From NCBI RefSeq assembly GCF_044704955.1, contig NC_091999.1, positions 9,858,001 to 9,922,000 on the forward strand: a stretch of DNA of 64,000 bases, given 5' to 3'. This stretch comes from Pristiophorus japonicus. Taxonomy: Eukaryota. The notes below the pieces were generated by a model. That model was given only the letters and a program-made list of their open reading frames with translations. It did no database searches and was not told the origin of the DNA. Shown one piece after another: positions 24,080 to 36,633 of this stretch; positions within the stretch are counted from its first letter, which is position 1, and each line of letters starts with the position of its first letter. Position numbers and translations under genes: made by a program.

Positions 24080-26700
24080 TAGAATCATCGAATCATAGAA
24101 GCATAGAATGGTTGCAGCAAGGAAGAAGGCCATTTGGCTCGTCGAACATGTGACGGCTCTCAGATAATACCTCCCCCTCCCCTTCCACCATCGCCCTGCA
24201 ATTTTGTTCGCTTTAGATACTTATCCAACTGCGATGAGAAAGATAACATTTTGTCTGCCATCAACACCCTTTCAGACCATGCATCCCAGATCTTAACCAC
24301 TCGTGGTGTAAAATAAGTTTTTTCTTACGTCAGCTTTGGTTCAGTCGCCAATCACATTTAATCTGTGCCCTCTGATTATTGAGTCTTCTGTCAATGGGAA
24401 CAGTATGCATGTATCTACTATGTCCAGAACGCTCATGACTTTGAACACCTCTATCAAATCTCCTATCAATCATTCTGCTCCAGGGAGAACAATTCCAGCT
24501 TCTGCAGTCTTTCAACGTAACTGAAGTCGCTCATTCCTGGAATCATTCTAGTAAATCTTTTCTGCACCTTTTTTTAGGGTGTTCACAGCCTTCCTAAAGT
24601 GTTGTGCCCTGAATTAGATACATACTCCAGTTACGACCGAACCAGTTTTATAAAGGCTCATTTCATTTCCACACTTTTGTACTCTATACCTCTATTTATA
24701 AAGCCAGTGATAACGTAAGCTTTTTGAAGTGTTTTATCAAACCGACCTGCCAGCTTCAACGATTTATGCACACATACCCCCTGGTCTCTCTGCTCGTACA
24801 CCCACTTTAATTTCAACCATTTAATTTATATGTCCTGTTCTCATTCTTTCCATCAAAATGCATCGCTTCACATATGCTTCGTTTAATTTCGTGACCGCTC
24901 ATTTTACCAGCCTGTCTATATCTGCCTGAAGTACCTCACTCTTCACCTCGCTTTCCGCTATACTTCCATGTTTCGTGTCAGCGAGAAATGTAGAAATTCT
25001 GCCCTGTACAGCCACGTCCACGTCCATTAATATAGATCAAGAATAACAGTGGGCATAGTACCGATCCCATCGGGAACTCCAAGGTATTCCTTTCTCCAGC
25101 CCGAAAAACAACTGTTCAATACTACACTCTGTTTCCTGTCACTGAGCCAGTTTAGAATCCCCACTGCTACTGTTCCTTTTATTCCATGGGCTTATCTTTT
25201 GCTGCCAAGCCTATTATGTGGCACTTTGTCAAGCACTTTTTTGAATTTCACGTACATCACATCAATCGCATGACCCTCATCAACCTTCTCCCATACCTCA
25301 TTACAACCTCGATCAATTGGTTAAACACGATTTGCCTTTAACAAGGCCGTGCAGGATTCCTTAATTAGTCCACCTCTTTCCAAGAGTCTGTTAATTTTGT
25401 CCCTGATTGCCGTTTCGAAAAGGATCCCCACTACCGAGGTTAAACTGACTGACTTATTGTTGTTTGGTTTCTCTTTACTGCCTTTTTTGAACAATGGTGT
25501 AACATCCCAGTATCAATGTAGGATTGGAATTTTATGGCCAGTACCTCTGCGATTTCCACCCTCAATTCCCTCAGCCTTCTAGGATGCATCACATCCGCTC
25601 CTGGTGCTTATCTACTGAAAGTACAGTCAGCCTTTCTAATATCTCTTCGTTGTCAATTGTTATCCTATCAACTATCTCCACTATCTCCTCCTTCACTCTG
25701 TCTATGGCAGCGTCCTATTCCTTGGCGAAAATAGGCAAAAAAGTATTAACTTAGTACCTCAGCCATACCTTCTGGCTACATGCATACGTCTCCTTTTTGG
25801 TCACTTAGCGGCCCCACCCCTCCCCTTACTAACATTTTATTATTTATATGCCGATGGAAAACTTTTCGATTAGCGTTTATGTTGCTTGCCATATTATTAT
25901 CACACACTCTCTTTGCCCCTCTTATTTTCATTTACGCTTCTCATCTGACCTTTCTGCATAGATCATGGTTCTCAGATGTTTTTGCAACCTGACATCTGTC
26001 ATCTGCGTGTTTTTTCTACTTCATCTTATTTTCTATTTGTTTCGTCATCCAGGGAGCTCTGACTTTAGTTTCATTAAATTCCCCCTTTGGGGAATGTACT
26101 TTCACTGTACATGAGTTATTTCCTCGTAAATGGCAGCATATTGTTACACTACAACTTTGCCTGCAAATCTTTGATTCTAGTTTTTCTGGTCCAGATCCAC
26201 TCCCATCCGTTTGAAATTTGCCTTTCTCCAGTTAAACATTTTTACTCTAGATTATTCCCCGTTCTTTTCGAGACCTAATCCAAACCTTATGATACTATGA
26301 TCATTGTTCCCTAAATGTGCTCCACTTGACCTACCTCTTTCCCTGGAACCAGATTCAACAAAGCCTTCTCCCGCGTCGGGCCGGAAACATACTGATCAAC
26401 AATGGTCTCAGTAACACACTTCAAAAATTATTCCCCTTCTCTGCCTTTTACACTATTATGATCCCAGCCTATATTCGATAGTTGAAGTCTCCCAATATTA
26501 CGACTCTAAAGTTCTTGCACATCTTTGTAATTGCGCTGAAAATGTGTTCTTCCATATTTTTACCACGCGTTGGTGCTCTATGGAATAGCTATATAATGTA
26601 TTTTCTCAAGAACTTATAACCAGGAATATTTAATATCCAATTATGTCCCTTTTTGTGGCACTTCTCAGTTAATGGCACAACAGCATATTCACATGCCTGC
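24080..26700 (-). mobile_element. CR1-type LINE (unit C copy)
   Basis: Paralog of 22-2690 and 11855-15730. Confidence 0.8.
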
Positions 26701-28084
26701 AGCTCAATTACTTCTCTCTACATATCACATTAGACCTTGCCTTAGTTGTTGCTGCGTGCCAGTTTCTGTTACATTCGGCCCTGCCTCATTTATTTCTGCG
26801 CTTGTATAGGCCAGTGTTCATATTACTCTCGGCATTTTCTCAGGTATTACGGCACTGGGGCATGTCGCTCTTAATATTAAACTAAGCCCTGTCTCAGCTT
26901 TTATTGCACTCGACCATTTCTCAGTTCATGTAACAATAGAGTATATCTCTGGTTATACTCCAATAACCCCTGTCTCAGTTATTGGTGCACTGGACAATGT
27001 CTCTGTGTTTATTACACTGAACCATGTCTCTGTATATATTCCACTCGTACCTGTTTCCATTTATAATACACCAGGCTTTGTCTCTGTTTTTAGAACACGA
27101 GTCCATGTCCCTGTTCATTTTACACCGGGACAGTATTCATTTAATAAACCACTGGTCCATGTCTGATTTTATATTGCACGAGACCCTGTTTCTTCCATTA
27201 CTGCACTCGATGCTGAATCCTTCAATAATTGGACAAGGCCTTGCTTGTCTTTTATTGTAATACAACGTTTCTTTTTATATGAATACATTGATAGTTGATA
27301 GACAGATAGATATTGATATAAACAAGCATGTATATTAGCGAGGGCGTGGAATGCAATAATATTTCGTTGGATGCATACGTTAGAATTATTTTAAAGCTAT
27401 CAACAACTAAGTGTGCAATTTTTACTTGATCTGATATTCTGTCGGTATCTTGGTGTTGATAGCATGGGTTGAATCTTGTTGCAATCTCCGAGAGATTAAT
27501 GAGGGACAGGAGAGAAGGTGAGCTTTGATTCTCCGCACTATGAACTGCTTAGAGGCAAGCTCTGTTGTGCTAAAATTTACTAATCACACTTGTGTTGTCC
27601 CATGCCAATTGCTCACAGTTTTAAATGCTAAGGATTGATTTTCCTGCAGTATTTTCCATATACATTTTGCGTGACCCACTTAATGTGTCAGACTTCACAG
27701 CGCCGCCGGATGGGCGGCTGCAGGGCACTAATATCGACTGGCCATTACATTTGCATTGTGGGTAGCTCTGTCCTTGTTTATATTACAGCAAATAAGTAAC
27801 AGGATTTAATTTAACTGAACCACTGAACTCTAATTTAATCCAGTCTCCTGAGGGGAAACAACCACAAGGACACATTTCTCCTTATAGACTATTAGCACAA
27901 TCACAGATTTAATGCACGAAAGTTAATTGATGCATTCTCAGATCAGCATGGATAGCGGAGAATTTAGAAAATTCTCTATTTTTTCCACAGGTCTGCCGAA
28001 GTACTATTATTCTCTTTATGTGCTCTCCCATTGGGCTGTGTGTTTCCAACATCTCTGTTATCAAGTTCAGAAACATGGATCTAT

Positions 28085-28318
28085 TATGGAAGAAGGGACT
28101 GAATGTAACGTAACAAAGTTTGCTGACGGTACAAAGATGGGAGGAAAAGCAATGAGTGAGGAGGACACAGAAAATATACAAAAGAACATAGACAAGCTAA
28201 GTGAGTGGGCAAGAATTTGACAGATGGAGCATAATGTTGGAAAGTGTAAGGTCATGCATTTTAGCAGAAAAAAAATCAAAGAGCAAGTTATTATTTAAAT
28301 GGAGAAATATTGCAACGT
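28085..28318 (+). mobile_element. CR1 ORF2 internal fragment (unit C only)
   Basis: EEGTECNVTKFADGTKMGG..IDKLSEWA. Confidence 0.7.
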
Positions 28319-28597
28319 GCGGTGACTTTAAGGGCAAACAGCTGATCAGAAGCAGAACGGACAGCTTAACCCGTCGGTTCATTCTATGATCGATCTTTCG
28401 GGCCGATTGGCTTCTGCATTTTCTTTACTCTTCCACACCTGGAAACAGTTGGGCAACAGTTTGATCAGATGTTAATTTGGTTTCCTCTCGGTGTGTCTTT
28501 GAGCGCCTGACAGCGCGCTTCACATTGTGGCTGCACATTGTGGCTGTGATTCCACACAACCCCAACAGACAGGAGCTCCGACCTACAGTCCAATTGA

Positions 28598-28636
28598 CGT
28601 TTTTGTACAGGGGTGAGACTGCTTCCCATCACTGTG
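28598..28636 (-). other. 23-RSS of V4 (near consensus)
   Basis: CACAGTG + 23 bp + ACAAAAACG. Confidence 0.95.
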
Positions 28637-29098
28637 AGCCAGATAGAGCGCAGTAATACACGGCAGTGTCAGGCAGTTGCAGCCCGGCGATTGTTAAACT
28701 CGTGAATTTAGTCGAGATCTGGAGCTCTGCAGAGAAACGTGTTCCGAAACCTTCTCCTTTTCTTTCCTGTGTGTCCCAAGACGTTCTCCACACAACAAGC
28801 TGGGGCGCCTTCTCTGCTTTTTGCCGGTACCAATATAATAAATAGTTCTTTACTTTGATACTATAGGTACATGTTATAGTCATCGCGTCACCTTCGCTCC
28901 TGCTCACTGAAGACTGGGACTGAGTAACAGAATCTCCGTCACTCTGACCTATAACATGTACAGAGGAATAAGTTTAGACCGCGTATAAAAAAGTATCAGT
29001 GGAATGATGTTAACACGTTCGTTTAAACACAGCATTATTGAATCATCCTTACCGACAATAAACACCCCAAACACAGCCCAAGCACTGAATATCTGCAT
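28637..29098 (-). CDS. Apparently functional TCR alpha/delta-type V segment V4 (family A); exons 29098-29053 and 28948-28637
   Basis: Leader MQIFSAWAVFGVFIV-G|gtaagg, ttatag| acceptor, open V exon QSDGDSVTQSQSSVSRSEGDAMTITCTYS..LYWYRQKAEKAPQLVV..RFSAELQ..DTAVYYCALS with both Cys and the Trp, and a good 23-RSS. Confidence 0.93.
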
Positions 29099-31094
29099 GG
29101 CCGCTGCCGAGCCCGAATCTTTCGGTCCTTTTAAAAGCCCAATCCCGGACCAGAATAGACCCTGTCAGTGACTGCTCATGGTTCCACGTCAGTTCTTGCA
29201 GTCATTGTTCAAATGACGCAATATCCACTTCACCCTCCACATATTAAAATGAGATTGAAATGATGGCCCTGGCTCAGTTCAATCCCTTTGAGCCACATCA
29301 AAAAGCAACTCAGCTGGAGTCAGTCACTCAACAGGAGTCTCTGGTGTGAGGAAATCTTCAGCTTTGCTGAATTTTAGAGATTTATTTAATGGTCCGAAAC
29401 CTGTCACAGTGAGTGAGTTGTTTTTTCTGCTGGCGTGTGACGGCTCAGCGTGAGCATTAACATCATTCTCATTGTACCTTTCGTGTTCACACTCAACTAT
29501 CCGCTGGGTGCAACAGATTTATTCTGGTCGGTATTTCTAACGAAAGAGTGAACGCATTCTAATTGAATCTGCTGGTGATTTAATTTAAACAGCTTTCAGA
29601 TGAGATTTCCACTGAGAAACCAAAGGAAAGCTTCACCGTCTGTGTCCCCAGCAGGTTAATCAAACCTGATCCGCGTCAAACATCTCAGTCTGATTAGTGA
29701 AACTGAATGAAATGAAATGAAAATTTTTATCTATATTCAAGCACATACATTGTCACTTGGAGATTATATATCAGCGTGAGCAGATTACTGTGTTGTCAAT
29801 TTTTCAGCGGCGAATATCAGAACATTTCTCAAAAATCGTTTGAAGCCGTTAGATTATCATTTTACTCAATCTATCAGGAGGCGCCATTTAACTGTGCTGA
29901 AATGATCACATGGGAAGGATGGTTCGTGCCATGGGAGATATTCCTCACCCACGTTTCAGTCCTCTACCCGATCTTTTTTTCTCTCCCCAAACTCGCTCTC
30001 TCTCCACAGTCTCCCTCTCTCTTCTAATCTCTCTCTCTCCCCCTTTGTTTCTCTTTCACTGCCTCCCAGTCACTCTCTCTCTCCCGCTGTCTCTCTCTCT
30101 CCCCCAGTCTCTCTCTCTCTTCCCCAGTCTCTCTCTCCCCAGTCTCTCTCTCTTCCGCAGTCTCTCTCTCCCCAGTCTCTCTCTCTCCCCAGTCTCTCCC
30201 TCTCTCCCCAATCTCTCTCTCTCCCCCAGTCTCTCTCTCTGTCCCCCAGTCTCCTTCTCTCCCCAGTCTCTCTCTTTCTGCCCAGTCTCTCTCTCTCCCC
30301 CAGTCTCTCTCCCTCCTGCCTTTCTCACTACCTCCCTCCGCGTCTCTCGTTTTAACGCTATCCCAAGTCTGTCACACTCTCTCTCGCACCCCAGTCCCTG
30401 TCACTCTCTCTACCCCCGTCTCTCTCTGTCTCCCCAGTCTCTCAACACCTCCGATTTTTTCCCTCCCACAGATGGCCACGAAAATGATCGTGTAAATAAT
30501 CACAGCGATATTTCAGCCAAAAGTCTAAATCAGCGCAGCAGCGTGATCGACAGCAGTACCGGCCTCCTCACGCTACAGCCCACTGCTGGTTTCGGGTTCG
30601 AGGAGGCTGCGCATGCACGGAACGGTGGGGGAAGATGGCGTTCGATATCCAGGGCGGCCGTATGCGCATGCGCAGCATGTTGGGCCAGAGACTCAGGGCT
30701 GAGATGTGCAGCAAGACGGACAAAACCGTTGCAATTGAACCTCCGATAACCTACACATGGTCATTCTGAATCAAACCCTCTGGTTGTCACTTTGAGATGC
30801 CATATTGCCTCCATCATTTGACTATGTTGTTAGTTCCTCGGAAAGGAATAAGGATTCCTTTCTCAAATATCTGCTGAAATCCTTAGATTAATATCTACCT
30901 GAAGCTCACACTGTGCTGCAATTAAAGCCATGGGGTGGTGACATGGAATAAACTCCTCAACCGGGTTACAATCCATGATGTGTCCTTCATTCCAGATTTT
31001 AAAATACAAGAAATATCATTCGAATGGTAGCTTTATATAAATACCATACATTTATATCGCAGTTGCTTTAAGATTTGCAGCATGAAGAAATAAT

Positions 31095-32215
31095 TGATCA
31101 ACGTGATTTGTTAAGGGACGTTCGTGTCTGACTAACTTGATTGAGATCTCTGAGGAGATAACAAGGAGGGTCGCTTAGGGCAGTGCGTTTGCTGTAGTTT
31201 ACATGGATTTACCAAGGCTTTTATCAAGCTCCCACCTACTTTCTCTCCCACAGAAGGCCGCGAACATATTCGTGTAGATAATCACAGTGATATTTTAGCC
31301 AAAAGTCTAAGTCAGCGAAGCAACGTGATTGACAGCCATAGCGTCCTCCTTCTGTGTCGGTAACAAGGAGGGTCGATTAGGGTAGTGTGTTTGGACTAGT
31401 TTACATGGATTTTAGCAAGGCTTTTGTCAAGCTCCCACCTGCTAGGGATCCAAGGGAGACTTGCAAATTGGTTCCAAATTTGACTTAGTGGCAGATAGCA
31501 AAGGGATATTTTTGTCACTGGAAGGCTGTTTCCAGTGGGGTTGCACAGGGCTCAATATTCGATCACTTACTTTTTGTAGTTTATATTAATGGCTTAGAAT
31601 TAAATGTAGGGGGCATGATAAAGAAATTTGCAGATGATAAAAAATGACAGTGTGATTGACAGTGAGGAGGAAACCCCAAGACTGCAGGAAATATCGATGA
31701 ACTGGCCAGTTGAGCAGAACATTGGCAAATGGAATTCAATCCAGTAAAGTGTGAAGTAATGTATTTGGGGAGTAGTTACAAGTCAAGGGAATATATTATA
31801 CATGGGAGGATACTGAGAGACATGCAGGAACAGCGTGACTTGGAGTATATGTCCACAGATCCTTAAAGGTTAAAGGGTAGGTTGACAAGGTAGTTAAAAG
31901 GCATAAAGAATTCTTAGCAGAGGGGTCAATAACCAGGGGGCAAATAATTCAATTAGTTGGACGAAGGACTAGAGGGGGGATGAGGGCACAGTTCTTCACT
32001 CAGAGAACGGTGAGAGTGGGAACTCACTGACTGAAATGGTGGTAGAGGCAGAAACTCTCATCACATTTTGAATGTACTTGGATGTGCACTTAAAGAGCCG
32101 TAACCTACAGGGTTACTGATAAAGTGCTGGAATGTAGGTTAACCTTTTCTCGACCGACACCGACACGATGGGCCGAATGGCCTCCTTCTGTGTCGTAATT
32201 TTCTATGATTCTATG
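31095..32215 (+). mobile_element. Decayed CR1-type LINE 3' half
   Basis: RT remnants (KFADD at ~31624) and a GGGCCGAATGGCCTCC..TTCTATGATTCTATGA terminus. Confidence 0.75.
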
Positions 32216-32678
32216 AAACGTGCTCGGGAGAGAATGTGATGGAGAATAACTGCCAAAACAAGGAGAATCCCACTATTTCGAAAAAGACCGGTGGCGTTTC
32301 CCCAGTGTAATGTTCAATATTTACCCCTCAATCAACATTACTAACACATATTAACTGGTCATTATGACGTCACTATTTGTGGGACCCTGCTGGGCGCAGA
32401 CTGGCTGTTGCATATCATATATTGCACGAGTGATGACACTTCAAATTATTTGACTGTTTTTGATCACTTAGGAACATCATGAAAGGTGCTCCATCAATAA
32501 TATTTCTTTTTTTCTTTACTCGTGTAACTGCATTTGTGTATTTTTATTATATATTTATTATGAATAAACGTAAATACATGTGAAAATTAAAAGTACCAGA
32601 TATCACTCGAGACCAACTCAGATTCACCCAGATCACAATGTCCGCATGATGCACTGATATGTTGAGCGACGCTCTGAT

Positions 32679-33149
32679 TGTTTTTGTTACCGGTCGAGCC
32701 CAGGTGCATGTCTTTGTGGGCTCAGTGCACAGCAATGCACCGTGGAGTCTTTCACGTGTGTTTCAGACACATTCAGCGGAAGGGTTCGGCTCGAAACACT
32801 GAGCTTCGCTGATAAACGGTCCTCAGCAAATCTCCCTCCGTTCTCGCTGTATCTGCTCGTCTGCAGCAGATGCTTCACGGAGCCGTTGGAATACTGACTG
32901 TCCCAATATAGATGGACAGTATCTCCGCTTGTCGTTGTATAACTACAGTGCAACTGAACAATGTATCCTTCACTTACTGTGGTTACAGCCAGTGTCTGTG
33001 AAACGGAGTCTCCTCCACAATTCCGAGCAAGAGCCGCCAGCGGTATTGAGTTAAACAATGTCAGTTCACTGTGTCTGTCCCCAAGAATCAGACAGACATC
33101 CACAATAACTACCTGAGAAGTTAATCAGGACAGGTAAAGATACGTACAT
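32679..33149 (-). pseudogene. TCR alpha/delta-type V pseudogene V5 (family B)
   Basis: Leader 33149-33113 MYVSLPVLINFS-G|gtagtt. Acceptor AG is mutated to CG. Open exon 33023-32719 reads GGDSVSQTLAVTTVSEG..LHCSY..LYWDSQ..DSTVHCCALS. RSS is CACAAAG + 24 bp + ACAAAAACA. Confidence 0.85.
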
Positions 33150-33215
33150 TTCCCCAGAGCTCAGGGGCTGCAAGGGGAAGATGTTGCGACTGACGGAATA
33201 AAACCTCCTTTAATT

Positions 33216-35850
33216 AACGATCTGTAAGTTTAGCAACAGACTTGCTAAATCTTTTTATATTCTCCACAGGTCGGCCGAAATGTTCAATTATTTTTCTGTT
33301 CATGTGCTCTCCCATTGGGTTATGTGTTTACAACACCTTTGTTATTAAGTTCTGAAACGTGGATCTATCTTTAGCAAAACCGAAATAATGTGGATTTCCC
33401 GAGAACCTCAAGAGATTACATATTCGGTTGTGATCGAATGTGCGGGATGAATTAAAAAACACAGGCGGATTACGGGAAGCGTTTCCTGTCCCATCAATGG
33501 ATCGACCAGCAGGACGTTCCCTGAACATCGATCCATGTCTTTAAGGGGAAGCAGCTGATCAAAAGGAAAGTTTAACCCGGCGGTTCATTCTCTGATCGAT
33601 CTTTCAGACCGTTGGCTTCTGCAGTTTCCTTTCCCGGCCGCTTCTGGAAACATTTGGGCGACAGTTTGATCCGAGGTTAATTTGGTTTCCTCTCGGTGTT
33701 TTTTTGAGTGCATTACAGAGCGCTGCACAGCACATTGTGGCTGCATCTGCCGCGATTTCACTCAACCCCAACAGACAGGAGCTCCGACATATAGTCCAAT
33801 GGAAGTTTATCTACGGGGGTGAGACTGCTTCCCATCAATGTGAATCAGATAGAGCGCAGTCATACACCGCAGCATCAGCCAGCTGCAGCCTGGCCACGGT
33901 TAAACTCATGAATTTAGTCGAGATATGGAGCTCTGCAGGGAAACGGGTTAGAAAACCTTTTCTTTTCTGTTCCTGTGTGTCCAAAGACTATCTCCACACA
34001 ACAAACTGGGGCACCTTCTCTGCTTTCTGCCGTTACCAATATAAGTAATAGATGTTTACTGTGGTACTATATGTATATTTTATAGTCACCACTTCACCTT
34101 CTCTCCTGCTTACTGAAGACTGGGACTGAGTAATAGAATCTCCGTCACTCTGACCTGTAACATGTGCAGAGGAACAAGATAAGACCGAGTATTAAAGGTG
34201 TCAATGAAATAATATGTATATTTTAGTTTATACACAGCATTATTGAATTATCCTTACCAGCAATAAAGACCCCAAACACAACCCAGGGACTGAATATCTG
34301 CATGGCCGCTGCCGAGCCTGAACCTGTCAGTCCCTTTAAAAGCCCAATCCGGGAGGAGACTAGAACCCGTCAGTGGTTCCTAATTGTCCAACGTCACTTC
34401 CTGCAATCATTTCTCCAATGACACAATATCCAATTCATCTGTCGCATATTGAAATGAGATTAAAATGATGGTTCTCGGTCAGTGTGGAGTCATTTTCTTT
34501 TCGTTCATGGGATGTGGGTGTCGCTGGCAAGGTCCGCATTTATTGCCCTTCACTAATTTCCCTTGTGAAGATACTCCCACCGTGTTGTTAGGGAGAGAAA
34601 TACAGGATTTTGACCCAGTGACGATGCAGGAACGGCGATATACTTCCAAATCAGGATGGTGGGGAAATTGCACGTGGTGGGGAACTTGGTGGTGGTGGTG
34701 TTGCCATGCGCCTGCTGCCCTTGTCCTTCTAGTTGCTGGAGGTTGTGGGTTTGGGAGGTGCTGCAGAAGAAGCCTTGGCGAATTGCTGCAGTGCATCTTG
34801 TAGATGGTACACACTGCAGCCACATTGTGCTGGTGGTGGAAGGAGTGAATGTTGAAGTTGGTGGCTGGGCTGCCAATCAAGCGGGCTGCTTTGTCCTGGA
34901 TGGTGTCGAGGTTCTTGAGTGTCGTTGAAGCTGCACTCATCGAGACAAGGGCTAGTATTCCATCACACTCATAACCTGTGTCTTGTAGAAAATGGAAAGT
35001 TTTGGGGAGTCAGGAAGTGAGACATGCGCCGCAGAGTAGCCAGCTTCTGAACTGCTCTTGTTGCCACATTGTTTCTGGGGCTAGTCCATTTAAATTTCTG
35101 GTCAATGGTGATCCCTAGGATGTTGATGGTGGGAGATCGGCGTTGGCAATGCCGTTGAATGTCATGGCGAATAGGTTACATTCCTGCTTGTTGGAGAAAG
35201 TCATTGCCTGGCAATTGTGTGGCTTCAATGTTACTTGCCACATATCCGCCCAAGCCTGAATGTCGTGCAGGTATTGCTGCAAGTGGCTTGGACTGCTCCA
35301 TTATCTGTGGAGTTGTGGATGGCAATGAACACTGTTCAGTCATCAGCGACCATCCCCACTTCAAACCTTATGCTGCAGGGAGGTCAGCTGTAGATCGTTG
35401 GACTTAGGACACTGCCCTGAGGAACTCCGGCAGGGATGTCCTGCGTCTGTAATGATACACCTCAAACCACCACAACCATCTTTCTTTGAGCTATGTATTT
35501 CTCCAGCCCGACTGGTCACGCTGAATGATTGTGATTCTCTGCCGGTGTGTGATGGCTCCCTGTGAGCATTAACTTCATTCTCGTCGTACATTTCATGTTT
35601 ACACTCAACTATCCACTGCGTGCAATAGATTTACTCTGGTCGCTATTTCTGAGGAAAGAGTGGACGCATTCTGAAATAATAAGCTAGCGATTTCTTTAAA
35701 ACAGCTTTCAGATGAGATTTCCACTGAGAGACTAGAGGAAAGATTTCCCTTGTGTGCCCCAGCAAAAGGTTAATCAAATCCGACCCGCGTCAACCGCTTC
35801 AGTCTGATTAGTGAATGTGAGTGAAATAAACTGAACATCTTTATCTTCCT
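33216..35850. repeat. Partial segmental duplication unit D
   Basis: 33220-34480 matches 4020-4930 plus 6283-6610, and 35515-35845 matches 6740-7075. Confidence 0.75.
33804..34303 (-). pseudogene. TCR alpha/delta-type V pseudogene V6 (family A)
   Basis: Leader 34303-34258. Exon 34154-33843 has first Cys>Tyr and WYRQ>W*RQ. RSS is CACATTG + 23 bp + AGATAAACT. Confidence 0.88.
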
Positions 35851-36633
35851 GATAGCCATTCAAGTTCCACCTTTACATGTGCACCCTTCTGCTCACCATC
35901 CTTCTATAAATGGTAATCCATATGACGATGTGCAGATTCATCAGCTGGGATAAGTTGGTCGGAGCAAATTAGCAGAACGCTTCTTTGTCAAGGTCTGACC
36001 CAAAACCATGCGACTTCATTATGACTAAGTACAACATTAAGGACTCCCAAGGTCTCTCCCACCCGAAGGTGTAGCTGAGCCCGTACCTCTGGTGGAACAG
36101 GACGTACCCAGGGATGGTGATAAGAATATAAGAACATAACATATAGGAGCAGGAGTAGGCCAGACCGACCCTCGAGCCTGCTGCGCCATTCAATCAGATC
36201 ATGGCTGAACTTCTATCTCAACACTTTCCTGCAATATTCCCATATCCCTTGATTCCCTCGTATTCCATGAATCTATCGATCTCTATCTCGAATATACTCA
36301 TCGATGGAGCATCCACAGCCCTCTGGGCTAGGGAATTACAAAGATTCACCACCCTCTGAGTGAAGAAATGTCTCCTCATCGCGGTGCTAAATGGCTGATC
36401 CCTTATGCTGAGACTGTGATTCCTGGTTCTAGACTCCCTTGCCAGGGGAAACATCCACCCTGCATCTACCTGTCAAGCCCTAGAAGAATTATGTAAGTTT
36501 CAATGACATCGCCTCACATTCATCTAAACTCTCGAGAATATCGTCCTATTCTAATCAATCTCTCCTCATTGGTGAATGCCCCAGCCCCGGGATATAACTG
36601 GTGAACTTTCATTGCACTTCCTCGATGGCAAAT

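Larger units (their letters stand above)
24058..33215. repeat. Segmental duplication unit C
   Basis: Colinear with unit A and contains the intact family-A V plus a family-B V. Confidence 0.8.

Noticed and set aside
29910-30749. Long Ser/Leu/Pro or Glu/Arg ORFs (also 7250-7712, 19788-20221, 47185-47757)
   Set aside because: Artefacts of CT/GA microsatellites.
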